Made by a program: the position numbers and the translations under genes. This document shows positions 62,544-64,000 of a DNA stretch of 64,000 bases, one piece after another. The notes under the pieces are model-generated. The model was not told the origin of the DNA and did no database searches. It worked only from the letters and a program-made list of their open reading frames with translations. How positions within the stretch are numbered: position 1 is the stretch's first letter; every line of letters begins with the position of its first letter. The stretch is from IMG/VR virus record IMGVR_UViG_3300037054_000148, positions 248,001 through 312,000 of that record. The stretch is one strand, 5' to 3'.

Positions 62544-63740
62544 TTACCCAATGCTGCACCGAGTCAGAAGGGTCTGTTTGGTTCCCTTGTAATCGGTGTG
62601 ATCCTTGACCGTGCCCTTGACGCTGTAGGTCTGGCCGATTTCCATGGAAGGATTGGAGGTAGCCTTCCAGACGATGCAGTTACCCTGCTCGTCGTTGAAG
62701 ATGAACATGGTGGTAGTGCCATAAGCCGTGTCGTAGGAGTAGATGTTCTTGACGGTGAGGGTCAGAATAACCCGTTCACCCTTGGTGGCGACCCACTCAC
62801 TAACAGTACGGGGCTTGGGGGCCAGCGCAGCCTTGGCAGCCGCTTCAGCCTTCTTGATCGTATCGATCCAGATCTTGGTAGCGTAGGCGACGAGACCCTG
62901 GTAGCGGAGCGACTGGGCCAGGATGGCGACCCGGCAGTTGTGCTCGAACTCGCTCAGGTTGTCCTTTTCCATCCAGAAGTCCACGGCCAGTTCCTGGACG
63001 CTCTGTTCGCCGTAGGTGGCCTTGAGCCAAGCGGAACGCTCTTCGTGAGCGGCGTAGAAGGCAGCCCGTTCCTTGGCATCAGCGTAGCTGCTGAGGGGGG
63101 CATCCAGGTAGGAGGCATAGTCGGAGGTGCTCTGACCCTCGGTCTCCTGGGCCTGCTTCTTGGTCACGAAACCCTTGGTCGAGGCGACCCAGGCGATGGT
63201 GGCGATGAAGGAGGCGGTGTCTTCGTAATGTTTGCGGCTCCCACCGGCCATGCCCCAGTCGTCGCTGTCGAGGATGGAGTGAACGTGGTAGGAAGTGCTG
63301 AGGATCTTCGCAACGTCCACACCGAAGTAGATATCGACACAGGTGTCACCGATATGCTTCTGGGCACCAGTGAGGTCGATGACGATCCAGGAGCCCTTAC
63401 GGTTGCGCTTGAAGCCGCAGTGCTGGCATTCGATGGCAGCGGTGCGGTAAGCATCAAGGTTACCCTCGTAGCCACCGATGCGGGTAACCATGTTGAGCCC
63501 TTCGACGTTTTCGATACGGGCCACGACCTGGGTGCCAGCAATGCGGATCAGTTCCTCGGGGACGGTGATTTCGGCGTCATAGACCACGTAGGTGATGTTC
63601 TGGCCACCCTCGGTGGTGCAGTTGACCTTGCGGGGGGTGACGGAGGCGACGATCAGGATCGGCAGGCCCATCTTCACCAGGGGCTTGTTCGCCTTAGCGA
63701 CCAGTTCGTTCATGCGGGTCTCAGAGCGGAAAGTGAACAT
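62544..63740 (-). CDS. early phage protein with a zinc finger and a C-terminal OB-fold-like domain
   Basis: CQHC..KR.RK...HIG.TC; .V..GER..LTLTV.......YG.T....F.D..GN..VWK.....G.VKDH..Y.G..QT.L.RC; strong GC3 codon bias. Confidence 0.85.
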   Translation of the reverse strand: MFTFRSETRMNELVAKANKPLVKMGLPILIVASVTPRKVNCTTEGGQNITYVVYDAEITVPEELIRIAGTQVVARIENVEGLNMVTRIGGYEGNLDAYRTAAIECQHCGFKRNRKGSWIVIDLTGAQKHIGDTCVDIYFGVDVAKILSTSYHVHSILDSDDWGMAGGSRKHYEDTASFIATIAWVASTKGFVTKKQAQETEGQSTSDYASYLDAPLSSYADAKERAAFYAAHEERSAWLKATYGEQSVQELAVDFWMEKDNLSEFEHNCRVAILAQSLRYQGLVAYATKIWIDTIKKAEAAAKAALAPKPRTVSEWVATKGERVILTLTVKNIYSYDTAYGTTTMFIFNDEQGNCIVWKATSNPSMEIGQTYSVKGTVKDHTDYKGTKQTLLTRCSIG

Positions 63741-63761
63741 GGGTTAATCTCCTCTACCTCT

Positions 63762-63791
63762 ATTATACACAGGTTTCGGAGATTTTGTCCA
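63762..63791 (-). promoter_or_regulatory. strong sigma70-type early promoter
   Basis: TGGACA-18 nt (ending TG)-TATAAT, followed by a GAGGAG RBS. Confidence 0.75.
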
Positions 63792-63806
63792 TGTTTTTTG
63801 CGCTGC

Positions 63807-63998
63807 TCAGAGCTTTAATTTCAGGTTCCAGGGATCCTTTCCCTGTAACCGTTTGTGTTCACAATCCACCCATTCTTTAAGCTCAACCTGGAGCTTATCT
63901 TTGGGCGTGTAGGACATGAGGCCGCAACGGGTGAGTCGCCGTTGAATCTCTTCGTCTCTCATGATTTGATAGATGCCCCAACAGGTGCCGATTCCAAT
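63807..63998 (-). CDS. 3' end of a gene that starts beyond the window
   Basis: Open frame ...IGIGTCWGIYQIMRD...KLKL* running off the right edge. Confidence 0.55.
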   Translation of the reverse strand: MGIGTCWGIYQIMRDEEIQRRLTRCGLMSYTPKDKLQVELKEWVDCEHKRLQGKDPWNLKLKL

Positions 63999-64000
63999 CA

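Noticed and set aside
62598-63818. 406-aa plus-strand ORF
   Set aside because: Antisense shadow of the strongly codon-biased minus-strand gene 62544-63740, which has the promoter, RBS and terminator.
1-64000. Genome-wide stop-codon recoding or a CRISPR array
   Set aside because: Long genes read through in code 11 and end at TAA, TAG and TGA; no regularly spaced repeat-spacer array was seen.

Overview
This window is a 64-kb slice of a large (probably jumbo) tailed-phage genome with a contractile-tail baseplate, using the standard genetic code. From 1 to about 22 kb it holds densely packed small early/accessory genes. Recognisable ones include an Mtd N-terminal domain, a ribosomal L7/L12-like domain, a macro-like protein, AdoMet decarboxylase, a GIY-YIG endonuclease, a DUF3326-like protein, a RelE-like protein, 4 tRNAs plus a circularly permuted tRNA-like element, PTH2, a SAM methyltransferase, a 2H phosphoesterase, a papain-like peptidase, Dps and two lytic transglycosylases. 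From 22.5 to 49 kb are structural genes: giant Ig-repeat tail/adhesin proteins (one ending in a Hint domain) and baseplate proteins. From 49.7 to 61.4 kb are very large multi-domain 'polyvalent' proteins, followed by an HNH gene and minus-strand early genes. Four observations stand out. (1) An Endonuclease-VII homing-endonuclease cassette is inserted in a conserved phage gene, and the host reading frame stays stop-free across it (dual coding). (2) A tRNA gene has its 3' half before its 5' half, and its flanks can base-pair. (3) A shared S/A-P/S/K/R-L-L...K-x-A leader/linker motif marks unrelated enzymes and the domain boundaries of the polyprotein, suggesting a virion-packaged, protease-processed enzyme cargo. 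(4) A bipartite late-promoter-like motif often sits inside hairpins that hide the ribosome-binding site. All family assignments come from motif recognition by eye; no database search was run.
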